Source: Opitutales bacterium (lineage in GTDB: Bacteria > Verrucomicrobiota > Verrucomicrobiia > Opitutales > PNEW01). Taken from it: 64,000 bases of DNA. Of the stretch, positions 9,645 to 19,160 are shown one piece after another. The notes under the pieces were generated by a model, which made no database searches, was not told the DNA's origin, and saw only the letters and a program-made list of their open reading frames with translations. Location: the NCBI GenBank assembly GCA_965197745.1, contig CBDANS010000007.1, forward strand, positions 1 to 64,000. The letters run 5' to 3'. A program made the translations under genes and the position numbers. Position 1 is the first letter of the stretch, and each line of letters opens with the position of its first letter.

Positions 9645-9799
9645 AATCACTAGTGCAGGGAAGGGCCTGATTTTATAGATTCTGTCTATCGAAAGACATA
9701 TTCTGCATTCAGAAAATGTTACTCCTTGCCCTTGTATAGCAGTTTGTTAAACTTACAGGGATTAGTAGCGCGGGGCGAAATAAATTTGCAGATAATGCT

Positions 9800-9935
9800 A
9801 AAGAAATTTTTTAACCGTATGAAAAATGTTTATCAACAGTATGAAAAATATGTTCGTACAGAGTGAAAAAAGTTTTCAATAAACAAGAATAAGAGAGAAT
9901 AAGTAAAAGAAGAAGAATAAGAATTATATATACGT
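9800..9935 (+). repeat. iteron-like repeats and purine-rich tract, candidate replication origin
   Basis: GTATGAAAAAT x2 plus GTGAAAAAA at ~22-bp spacing, then AGAATAAG x3. Confidence 0.4.
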
Positions 9936-10234
9936 GTGCATATATCTGTTTTGGTTTTGTCTCTGATATTATCTATAGAGCATACTTCTAGCAGTTACGA
10001 TTAGATTCAGACAGAAGTTAATGAAGGGTGTAGTGTGTGTTTATGTTTGTGAATTTAATAATTAACGGACATTGCGGACAAATTCTCTTCTATACTATTT
10101 TAATACGGGGACATTGTCTGAGGGATATCGGTTAAATTATAAAAATGGGTGCTTTCGTACGCTCGATTGAATGGTTTCGAGGCTATGGGTGTTTTAAAGC
10201 TTCCAAGCTTAATTTGATTTGCCCGTGAAGGGGG

Positions 10235-10305
10235 CTGAGTGCCTCGAGAAAGGGCGTTTGCATCTCAGGGCATACACACCCCTTTCATAACGAAGGACGA
10301 TCGTT
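10235..10305 (+). repeat. ~70-bp imperfect direct repeat, copy 1
   Basis: CTGAG(T/C)GCCTCGAGAAAG..CGTTTG.AT.TCAGGG...TTCATAACGAAGGA.GAT.GTT; copy 2 at 11955-12022. Confidence 0.75.
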
Positions 10306-10618
10306 TGTTCTAGAGCCATTTAAAACATGTTTTGTTTTAAATCATTGTTGCTGTCGTATGCTTGAGTTGCTACCATTTCTTACGATTACCAACCCCATGT
10401 ATTTGTCGTGCGCCTTCCCGGTCCTATGGGAAAACCACTTTGCGTAAAATAGCTTTCCCAGTCACTCCCTATCGCCGGGGGCTGTTGATCCTTTACCCAA
10501 GCTTCCAGGGAGCGTCTAAGTTTGAAACCTTTTTGGAGACTATTGACAAATTTTATTAAATCATTCAATACGACTTTCCGTTTTTTCCACGAACTAACAT
10601 CTCCAATATTTATAAATT

Positions 10619-11587
10619 ATGAAACACAGCCTCTGCCCATTGCTGATTCTCCTGATTTCAATATGCGCCGTGCCACCGACATTCGGCGCAGCTGAAGCTC
10701 TGTCTTGCGCGGATCACTCCATTGAGGCCAGCGCGTTGCGCACCCCGGAGGATGTACAGGCGTTCGTTCAGTGCGCATACGAGTACTTTCAGGAAGAGGG
10801 CTTTGAGGAAGCACGCAGGGCCTTTCACGAAGACGCGCGTTGGAGACACGGCCCGATCTATGTCTTCGTCAGCGAAGTCACTTCCATGACCGAGACAGCT
10901 CGATCGTTAGTCTTACCACCTGACCCTCCGAGGGAATGGGTACCGTGGGGTGGGTTGATCGACACCTTCGGCAACGACTACTTCAGGGAACTGTATCGTA
11001 TCATGAGCATTACGAAGGAGGGCTGGATCTACTACTCCTTCACCAACCCCGAGACGGGCCGGTATGAGCCGAAAGTGTCCTATGTCAAGGGCATCGACTG
11101 GAACGGGACCCCGGCTGCGATCGGCGCAGGGATCTATCTCCGCGACATCCCGGGCACATGCAACAGTGAAGAAGTCAACGCCATGTTGCTCGATAGCGAT
11201 CCTTCCAACGAGAGACTCATGGAGTTTGTCCGTTGCGCAGCGATGGAGCTTGAAATAAAGGGGTACTTCGCGATCAACACATTGACGACGGAGACGCGGT
11301 GGTAGAGCGACTCGATCTACTTGTTTGGCCTTGATACATATGGCTACACGCTGTTCAGCGGAGATCCCTACAGCCAGTGGTCCGGCGTTTCCGAGTTGGA
11401 AGGGACGGTCGAAGATCATGATGTAGTGAGCGTTGCGGACGCTTTCGGAGAAAGCTTCCTATATTACACGAAGCGCAATCCGTCGACCGGAATGATGCAG
11501 CGCAAGGTAACATTCGTTAAAAGGATCGTGTCCTTTGGTCTGCCGATTTTAATCGGCGCCGGCTATTACCTGGATGAGGGGCCGTAA
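10619..11587 (+). pseudogene. secreted tandem Cache-domain protein interrupted by in-frame TAG (11303-11305)
   Basis: Signal peptide; two repeats (FVQCA...RW.HGPIYVF...YYSFTNPETG...KVSYVK...IGAGIY and FVRCA...RW*SDSIYLF...YYTKRNPSTG...KVTFVK...IGAGYY); ORF 11321-11587 is in the same frame. Confidence 0.8.
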
Positions 11588-11954
11588 GACCGGGCAATGC
11601 GCGCTAACACCTGGGACTCATAAACGCTCTCTGGGAACAATTGAGAGCCCTGTCATGACGTTGGCTGGTTTGCTCTTTTTGGGTTAAAGTAGATTAGCGG
11701 TGATTGGGGTATTGGTGAAAGAGCTGCTGAGATAAATTGGGCGGTTCAAGTGAAAAATAAATGGGAGTCACTTCGCAATGGGCAAGAAGTTTTAATTAAG
11801 ATCAATTAGAAAAAGGAGGGTAATAGCGAGAATGCTTATCGCAATTAGGATGGATTATAAACTTTGATTTCCAATTAGATGCACGGTGTGCATTTATTGT
11901 AGGGGCTATATTATTTGATGCACCGTGTTAAATTTAAATTACCAATTTAAGTGC

Positions 11955-12022
11955 CTGAGCGCCTCGAGAAAGCCCGTTTGGATGTCAGGGTAGGGAGATT
12001 TTCATAACGAAGGATGATTGTT
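11955..12022 (+). repeat. ~70-bp imperfect direct repeat, copy 2
   Basis: Matches 10235-10305. Confidence 0.75.
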
Positions 12023-12540
12023 CTTTTAAGAAGCAGATTTAAGGTTTATGAGTTTATTTTTTCGGCCCCTTGCAGTGCCTTTTGAAAAAAAATTTTCGCG
12101 TCGCAAACCGATAGATCAGGGTCGGCAGCCTTCGGTGGCGCCACCCCCCCGCCTCCCTTTGCCTTAGGTATTGGAATAATGCTCGTGCTATTTACCGCTC
12201 CGGCTCGGTTGACTCGTTGACTCGGCGATCTTCAAAGACGCACGGGCAATGCGGAACGAATCCCAAGTGGATGGATCGTTATGATGCTCGTACCCGGGCA
12301 TAGTGCAGGATTGAACTTGCACATAACCTCTATCGGAACAGTTTTTTATTGTCAGAATGAGGGTATGATCTCGACTGAAACTGAGGGAGTTAATTAAGGG
12401 CTACTCCTTAATTCATTTTATTTTAAGACCGTTAGGAATTTATGAGTTAAATTTAATATGTTAATTATCAACTACTTATAAATTAACTAGACATAATGTT
12501 TGTTGTGCGGTTCAGTTTCAGTAATACCCTTGCCGTGGAT

Positions 12541-12838
12541 CTGACTTCCCCGTCAGGCACCCTCTGTTTGTGTTTTGCGTTCACGGACTGATAACGGTCT
12601 TATTCCCTTTTTTATGTTACCAGTCAAATCGCAATTCGAGTCAACTAAGAGTCCGCAAAAATGTATTATGTATTGAACGGTAATGTGAATTTGCCGCGAA
12701 AAACCACCCCAAAATCCTCATCTTCACCGCGGTTGTCTCACCCCAAAAGGGCACCCTCTTTTATGTTACCAGTCCGTGAGTCAACCGAGTCCGACTTCCC
12801 CATCGGGCACCCCCTGTTTTTGCTTTGCGTTCACGGGC
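12541..12838 (+). repeat. modular non-coding repeats (GACTTCCCC...GGCACCC...TTTGCGTTCACGG; TTTTATGTTACCAGTC)
   Basis: 12541-12630 partly repeated at 12749-12776 and 12791-12838, and for ~75 bp at 14052-14127. Confidence 0.7.
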
Positions 12839-12880
12839 ATATAACTGCAGAATATAGAAATATATATAACCGAGATTACC

Positions 12881-13198
12881 ATGAATCTAAAAACAGTAGC
12901 CAAGAGGCATAGAGAGGTTAAGGACGGATGCAGATACGGATTTAAATATAGAGAGTTTAAGCACGGATGGGCATTCGCTATTAACATTTCCAGAATCGTC
13001 GTAGCACTGAAGATAGCAGACATCAAAAAAGAAAAAGGCGGCCTCTTAAACCGGCTAATCAACCGGCGAACGATTAAGCATTTGAACGAGTTGGAGGATC
13101 AGATACGTTACGTAATCAACGAACGGGAAAATTTCTTAATCTCACTAAGCACTGAACTCGAAACGAAAAACGAAGGGAAAGAAAATGCCGAATCATGA
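12881..13198 (+). CDS. hypothetical protein
   Basis: 105-aa ATG ORF with a coiled-coil-like C-terminus; no recognisable motif. Confidence 0.45.
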   Translation: MNLKTVAKRHREVKDGCRYGFKYREFKHGWAFAINISRIVVALKIADIKKEKGGLLNRLINRRTIKHLNELEDQIRYVINERENFLISLSTELETKNEGKENAES

Positions 13199-14051
13199 CA
13201 AAGCAGTAGAAATTAACGATGCCTTAAATTTTTTCTTTCTGCTAGGCCGCGGTTGAACCCCATGTTGATCACCCTGGGACTGTCAAAGACTTCGCTGTCC
13301 GCGTCTCTTGTTTGTGGCGTGTTTGACAATCCGGATCCGGAAAATGACAAACAACATGGAAGTGAAAATTTAACTTCCACGTGACTTTACCCGCATCGAT
13401 GCCCTTACTGAATTACCGGAACAGCGAAATATTACCTTTTCAAAAGGACATTGTGTTTGATTTGAAAAAGCCGTAGGATGCCACAGGATTCACGTTTAGG
13501 GGCTAGCCTATAACACCCTTTTTGTAGAGAACGCCACGATTTGACACGATTATCGGTCGTTATCAGCCATTAGGGTAAAAACAACGATGCCCACGCACAA
13601 CCTCTCTCGAATTGGTGTGCTTCTCGGCTCCCGATCACCGCCGGATTAAACCGCGAATAGTGAGGAAAAATTTCCTCACCCGTGATGTTTCGCCCTTAAC
13701 ACCGCTAGAGCACGCAAATTTCTGCTCTGATTTATACTTACGGTGTAATTTTTCCTGCTCGCCCTTTTCAAACACCAGGGCACACTTGAGTTTTGGTCTC
13801 GCTTTCACGATGAAAGGGTACGGCACAAAATCCGCACGGTGAAAACTCATAATTTTCAAAACTTATCTACTGGTTACAAAACTAATACTCCCTATCTATA
13901 GGCCGACCATCAAAACGAATCCTTGAGCCATTCTGCGCACGTTCTATACTGGAACACAATCACCTGTTTTAAAAACGGCGATCCCCTGCATCAATCCCGA
14001 AGAAACGCAGCGGCGTTAATCAGTGTCGATTTTATTCTATTGTTAAATTAT

Positions 14052-14200
14052 CCACCCTCTTTCTGTGTTTTACGGGCACGGGCTGATAACGGTCTTATTC
14101 CCTTTTTTATGTTACCAGTCAAATTGCTTCAAGTTATCAACCAATCCAGTCTCCCAGTCAACCAGCTTGCCAACCAGTCAACCATTCAAGTCAACCGAGT
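14052..14200 (+). repeat. further copy of the 12559-12630 module plus an AGTCAACC cluster
   Basis: CTGATAACGGTCTTATTCCCTTTTTTATGTTACCAGTCAAAT identical to 12588-12629; AGTCAACC x3 at 14156-14196. Confidence 0.7.
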
Positions 14201-14420
14201 TAACGGATCATCGAGCCGGAATGGTTGACAACATCACGATAACACGAGCACTGATAACAACGATGAGCAAATAGATAAGAACAGGATCGTGTCGATCCTC
14301 TCTCTTTTTTTAGTGTGTCCACAGAACACCATTGCACAACGGGGAACGACAGACATAAAAAATGACAATATTGATCGCACCAGCAGCAATCTAGCGCGCA
14401 AAAAAAAACGCCACCCCATA

Positions 14421-16382
14421 TTAACGAACTTGTAGAACTTCAATAACTCCCGACCTTTTCGCTGGTAGGTCAAAGCGCACCGATAATATGGAATATTTTA
14501 AATCGTCGCTAGAGATTTCACTCTCAATATATCCTCCCTTCGCACGGTAATTTCCCTTGGGAAGGATAAAAACTAAACGAGCATTGGGAAAATGCTCTTC
14601 AAGGTCGTTTTGATAATGTGCGGTTACCTGGTTATGCTTCCCATCGTTTGCCGGTTCATAATTAACACGCACAGGTGTAGGGCCATCTCGATTAAACGGT
14701 ATTGGTGCCACTTCGTCGCCTTTATAGGTATATGAAACTGGTTCGTAATCTTTAAACCTGACTATCCGAAAACTGGATTCATCTACTTTACCCACACGAA
14801 GTGTAGGGGTGGCCCCAATTTTCATAATTTTAGTGCCAGGGCCATGGGCATCGTGAATCATTTTAACACGATGCCGATCAAGGAAATCTTTAACCGGAGC
14901 ATTGTGCTCGAACGCATTGATAATCTTGCATTGTGTCTTCTTTCGATCAGCAAGAAGGCGATCAGCTTTGGAAATATCAGCATCCCAGGAATGTCCGAAA
15001 TTGAGAATACTTAAATGGGGTCCAAAATCAACGATCCCTACGGGATCTCCGAACAACACTTCCTTACCAGGTAATTGGTGATTACCAAAGGTCACTACAA
15101 ACGGCATATCCAAACCATATAGAGCGCCGGAAACATAGGCCGGGTTACATGCATTAGCTATAAGAACCATGTCGGGTGCGATGATGTTTGCTATATCCAC
15201 CATACGGGATAAATACTCCGCCTGATTCTGTCCCCATGTATTTAAATGACCGAAGGTCATAAAGGTAGGGTCCTTCGGATAGTCAGGTACAATATAAACA
15301 CTGCGGCGCAAAATCCTATCAAAAGATCTTCTACTGTCTGAGAAGGTGATTACTAGGTCATATAGGCCTGGGGGTAAATCATTGGGAGTATTGACTGTCC
15401 CTTCTTTGTAATAATAAAAACCAGCCGCTTCATCTTCTTCGAAATCGCAAGTACGGGATATTATCGCTGGACCAATTCGACGCACTAGTCGGAATTCGCC
15501 AATTGTAGAAGAGTAGGCCAGAAATCGCGCACGAAATTTATTGCCCGCTTTACTGACAATGGGATGCCCCATCCTTGGAAATACAGAATCCCAAAGCCAA
15601 CGCTCAGTATCCCATTCTCGATGGAGGTAAACTGGTTCGAGTTCTGTCTCTTGCCCGGGCTTAATAGATATACCCTCTTTTTGCCAGTTCTTCCATCCCG
15701 CAGCGCGCAGTTCTAAAACGTAATCGTCACCTGGTGGAAGTCCAGCTAACCGACATTTACCCGTTAGCCAATTTCTAACCAATGTATTTCGGATAACTCT
15801 TCCGTTGCGCATCAATACTGCTCGTGCGTCTATGAGCGAAATGTTATGATCGCCACTGATGGTAAAACTGAGATCACCTGTTTTCTCTGCTATAATCCAA
15901 AACCCGGAAATCGCGCATCCCGTCAATTCATCTTCACCACTGTGGATTACGCGCACATGATGCCCCTTATCTAATAGGTTCCGCGCCAAAACAATCTCAC
16001 GTGCAGTTGCACGTGGGTAAATAGTCTGAACTTTCTTTCCATCAATAAATATTTCCAATTGTCCTGATTCTAGCCCGCTATAGTTAGGTGGAGTGAGAGT
16101 ACTTAGTCTTAAAATCAGACCAAGTCCGGAAAACGAAAACTCCAATGCAGCACCATCTTCATATGTGACCAAAGCGTCAACTGGGGTATGGGTAAGCCAT
16201 TGAAAATCCCATCTCCCAAATCTTTTAATTCTTTTTCCGTCGACTACTGGTAACCATTGGACATGAGCAACATCTTCAGAAGGTGTAACAATAGAGTTTT
16301 CCCCCATACTAGAAATCGGTAGAAGTATGATTAACGCAGTTATATGACATCTAATCCAGATTGAACAATAAATATACTTCAA
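14421..16382 (-). CDS. secreted multidomain protein with carboxypeptidase-regulatory-like domain and degenerate metallophosphoesterase domain
   Basis: Signal peptide; LAGLPPGDDYVLELRAAGW; FMTFGHLN, PDMVLIAN, TFGNHQ, HDAHG. Confidence 0.6.
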   Translation of the reverse strand: MKYIYCSIWIRCHITALIILLPISSMGENSIVTPSEDVAHVQWLPVVDGKRIKRFGRWDFQWLTHTPVDALVTYEDGAALEFSFSGLGLILRLSTLTPPNYSGLESGQLEIFIDGKKVQTIYPRATAREIVLARNLLDKGHHVRVIHSGEDELTGCAISGFWIIAEKTGDLSFTISGDHNISLIDARAVLMRNGRVIRNTLVRNWLTGKCRLAGLPPGDDYVLELRAAGWKNWQKEGISIKPGQETELEPVYLHREWDTERWLWDSVFPRMGHPIVSKAGNKFRARFLAYSSTIGEFRLVRRIGPAIISRTCDFEEDEAAGFYYYKEGTVNTPNDLPPGLYDLVITFSDSRRSFDRILRRSVYIVPDYPKDPTFMTFGHLNTWGQNQAEYLSRMVDIANIIAPDMVLIANACNPAYVSGALYGLDMPFVVTFGNHQLPGKEVLFGDPVGIVDFGPHLSILNFGHSWDADISKADRLLADRKKTQCKIINAFEHNAPVKDFLDRHRVKMIHDAHGPGTKIMKIGATPTLRVGKVDESSFRIVRFKDYEPVSYTYKGDEVAPIPFNRDGPTPVRVNYEPANDGKHNQVTAHYQNDLEEHFPNARLVFILPKGNYRAKGGYIESEISSDDLKYSILSVRFDLPAKRSGVIEVLQVR

Positions 16383-16469
16383 ATAACAGATCTACAACTT
16401 AAATTCGAATCCCCTAATTTAAAATGCTAGTGGTACAGTTTGAACATGGTGAATTTTAAGTTGTCCTTT

Positions 16470-16755
16470 CTATCTTTCCTTCTTTTCAAGAAGGGCAAAA
16501 ATGTTCTCGTTTTCCAAGCCGCGGTCATTAATTCCAGCTTCCATAGCTAGTGTCAGCTTTAGTGTGTGTTGGATGCGACAGAAATTTTAATACATAAAGG
16601 GCAGGGCAACAGCATACTCTAAGTTCTCTAGCTTTTTGAAAATACTTGGTCAGATAGGCAAATCGCAGCATGTTCATTTTCATAGAAAGATTCTGGTGTT
16701 CAGCGTTGGCGGTAGAGCCATGGTGATGTTCCGGTTTGCCGCCTTGATTTTTCAT
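16470..16755 (-). pseudogene. relic of an IS1-like DDE transposase C-terminus
   Basis: Across a frameshift and a stop: STANAEHQNLSMKMNMLRFAYLT...KLENLEYAVALPFMY*NFCRIQHTLKLTLAMEAGIND, matching STSYVERQNLTMRM.MRRF.RLTN.FSKKLEN...YNF.R.H.TL..TPAM.AG. Confidence 0.65.
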
Positions 16756-16834
16756 GGCCGAAGACTTTTGAATTCAATATATTTGAATTTTCTAGCGTAA
16801 GCGACAAAGTCACTTCTTTCATCTACTAACTTCT

Positions 16835-16950
16835 GTTTTCTCTTTATCTCCTCGCGCAGTTCTGGGGTTTGTTTTTTAGCCCTTGCCTTGCCACCCTATT
16901 TATCGCCCAACCCCAACCTTTCTAGTGTAACAGCAGCAGGGTTCTTACCC
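16835..16950 (-). pseudogene. relic of a small basic KNPAAV...GGKARA-type protein
   Basis: Fragments KNPAAVTL...GGKARAKKQTPELREEI. Confidence 0.45.
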
Positions 16951-17042
16951 TGTTTCGATCGGTTTTTTATTTACCGGTCGCGATCTTTGTTATATCGCCT
17001 ATTGGTTTATTGATATAAGTCTGTAGGCAGACTTGCCTAGCC

Positions 17043-17778
17043 GTTTATCCAAGCGGTACGACGTTCAGAAGGGCTGCAGGTAAAGCCACCGAAAAAGCGT
17101 AGACCCCGTCAACGGGTCTCTACAGGGCCGCCTACTAAAGCAACCGGTCGCAATCACGTCTGGTCCTGGGACTTTGTCCATGACCGCACAGACAATGGCG
17201 GTCCATTAAAGATGATGACTCTGATCGATGAATATACGCGTCAATGTCTGAGTATCCGGGTCGCTCGTGAACTCACCTCAACTGATGTCCTCTCTGTGCT
17301 TAGCGAGGCCATTGAAGAAGAGGGAGCTCCCAGCTATATCCGTAGTGACAACGGCAGTGTTCCGAGGAGCGAAGCGACGACATGCGAAGCCATTCATTGC
17401 TCATCAGGTGCAGCAGTGGTTGTCCGACAAAAAGATCAAGGCGATCTATATCGATCCGGGCAGTCCCTGGCAAAACGGTTTCATTGAGTCGTTTCACAAC
17501 CGATTACGCGATGAGTGTTTGAACCGTGAAGTGTTGCTCAGCGTGACTGAAGCGCAAGTGGTAATCGAACAATGGCGTCATTCCTACAATAATGAACATC
17601 CCCACAGTCGTTTAGGCTTTAAAAGCCCACTAGAGTTTGTCAGGTTCCTTTCAGATCCTGGCCGCGTTCGGGCTACGCCCTCACTTCGCCAAGATCTCCC
17701 ATATACATCAATCATAAAACCATTAACACCCGGTAACTCTCTCACTTAAAAATTGGTACGAAAAACGGGGTCCGATCA
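17043..17778 (+). mobile_element. IS3-family element A, 5'-truncated (orfB 3' part and right end)
   Basis: NHVWSWDF...IDEYTR...IRSDNG...PWQNGFIESF...ECLN; ends GGGGTCCGATCA; homologous to 25135-25911; micro-insertion at 17360-17391. Confidence 0.9.
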
Positions 17779-17851
17779 ATTGTAAAAGCGTCGTTCATCA
17801 TAGCTACCCTGTTCCGCGGGTAAAAAGAACGACCATGTGCAACTGGTCGGG

Positions 17852-18806
17852 TTACACAAACTGGTCCACCGGGAGAGTTAGTCTGGAGAGGTTAATGTTG
17901 AAGTTAAGTTGGTAGAGGAAGTCAAGGCTTGGGCGCAATGAGGGCGTAGCCCGAATGGAGCCCGAGCCTTCGGTATTGAGGTTTTCAGTGAAGTGCCGTG
18001 GAGTGATGTTGCCGAGGCTGCGGTGGGGTCGGACATGATTGTAAAGCCAGCGCCAATCTTCGATGACCACGCGGGCTTCGGTCAAAGTCCATAACTGTTC
18101 ACGGTTTAAACACTCCTCGCGAAAACGGGCATGGAACGATTCAATGTATCCGTTCTGCCAAGGGCTTGCTGGTTCGATATAGAGGGTTTTGATTTTCATC
18201 GCAGTTAGCCAGGCTCTCAATTGGCTTTCAATGAATGGCTTTGCATGTCGTCGCTTCGCTCCTCGGAACGGAACCGTTGTCGCTACGAATATATTTTGGC
18301 GGCCCATGCCGGTCGAGCAGTTTTTGCATGATACCGCGCACCGTTTCCGCATTGATATGGCGATCAACATGGATCACCCGGCACTCGCGGGTGTACTCAT
18401 CGAGCACGGTCAGCATTTTTAGACTGCCGCCGCGAACCGTCTTATCGTGGATAAAATCCCAGGTCCAAACATGGTCGGGATGTTCGGCCTTTGTCGGTAG
18501 CCCGGTGCAGACACCCCTGCGCCGGCGTCTTGGCTTGCGTGGGGGGATCGCCAGACCCAGTTCACGTCGCAGACCTTGCACGAGACGTTTACCCACCTGC
18601 CAGCCTTCGTCCTTCAACAGCTTCGTGATCTTGGGATAGCCCCACCTCGCGTATTGCCGTGATAACCGCCTTACTGCCGCTTTTAGTTTCGTTAGCCAGG
18701 CATCCGGATGCTTGGCCCTATACGCATAGGTGGAACGGTGCAGCCGAAAGTACCGGCACCCCGCTCGCATCGAACACTGGCCCCGAGTCACAAGTCTCTC
18801 TGCCAC
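17852..18806 (-). pseudogene. IS3 OrfB integrase domain broken by a 32-nt insertion
   Basis: HVWTWDF, LDEYTRE, IRSDNGS, then out of frame FIES...PWQNGYIESF. Confidence 0.88.
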
Positions 18807-18826
18807 TTGCCGCTTGTGCCCAGGGC

Positions 18827-19093
18827 TTACAGTTTTTTTTCGAGGGTCTCCTGCAGGATCTCTATCCCCAGCATCTTGTCCGCCAGCATCCGTTTTAACC
18901 GCGCGTTCTCCTTCTCGAGCTCCTTCATCCGCTTGGCCTGGTTGACATCAATCATCCCAAACTCACGTTTCCAGCGGTGGAAGGTCTGTTCGCTTATGTT
19001 GTTCTCGCGGCATGCTTCCAGGATCGTTTTCCCTTTGTCCGCCTGGCGCAGCATCCGTATTTTCTCTTCGGTCGTGTATCTTTTGCCTTTCAT
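18827..19093 (-). CDS. IS3 OrfA (HTH)
   Basis: MKGKRYTTEEKIRMLRQ...ISEQTFHRWK...LEKENARLKRML. Confidence 0.92.
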   Translation of the reverse strand: MKGKRYTTEEKIRMLRQADKGKTILEACRENNISEQTFHRWKREFGMIDVNQAKRMKELEKENARLKRMLADKMLGIEILQETLEKKL

Positions 19094-19160
19094 TGTCTGT
19101 GTCCTTTCTAGTTGGACCAGACTAACTTTTCAAGTGGACCAGTTTTCGTGGTCACGACCA

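Larger units (their letters stand above)
5336..14420 (+). mobile_element. tRNA-integrated satellite-like (PICI-like) element; right boundary uncertain
   Basis: Integrase next to the tRNA 3' end, then excisionase-like HTH, initiator and helicase loader; no capsid, tail or terminase gene; attR not found. Confidence 0.65.
17844..19160 (-). mobile_element. IS3-family element B, full length, truncating brxC
   Basis: Imperfect TIRs TGGTCG...AACTGGTCCAC...AGTTAGTCTGG at both ends; orfA+orfB; flanks CAAC/CTTC are not a duplication. Confidence 0.92.

Noticed and set aside
13198..14050. Short ORFs in the right part of the integrated element
   Set aside because: No convincing starts or motifs; possibly decayed genes but not assignable.
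12541..14200. CRISPR array
   Set aside because: Repeats are irregularly spaced modules with no constant-length unique spacers; no cas genes.
17360..17395. Micro-insertion as an IS4 excision footprint (shared GCCATTC)
   Set aside because: Only 7 nt match, four of which belong to the host codons, and other family members lack it.
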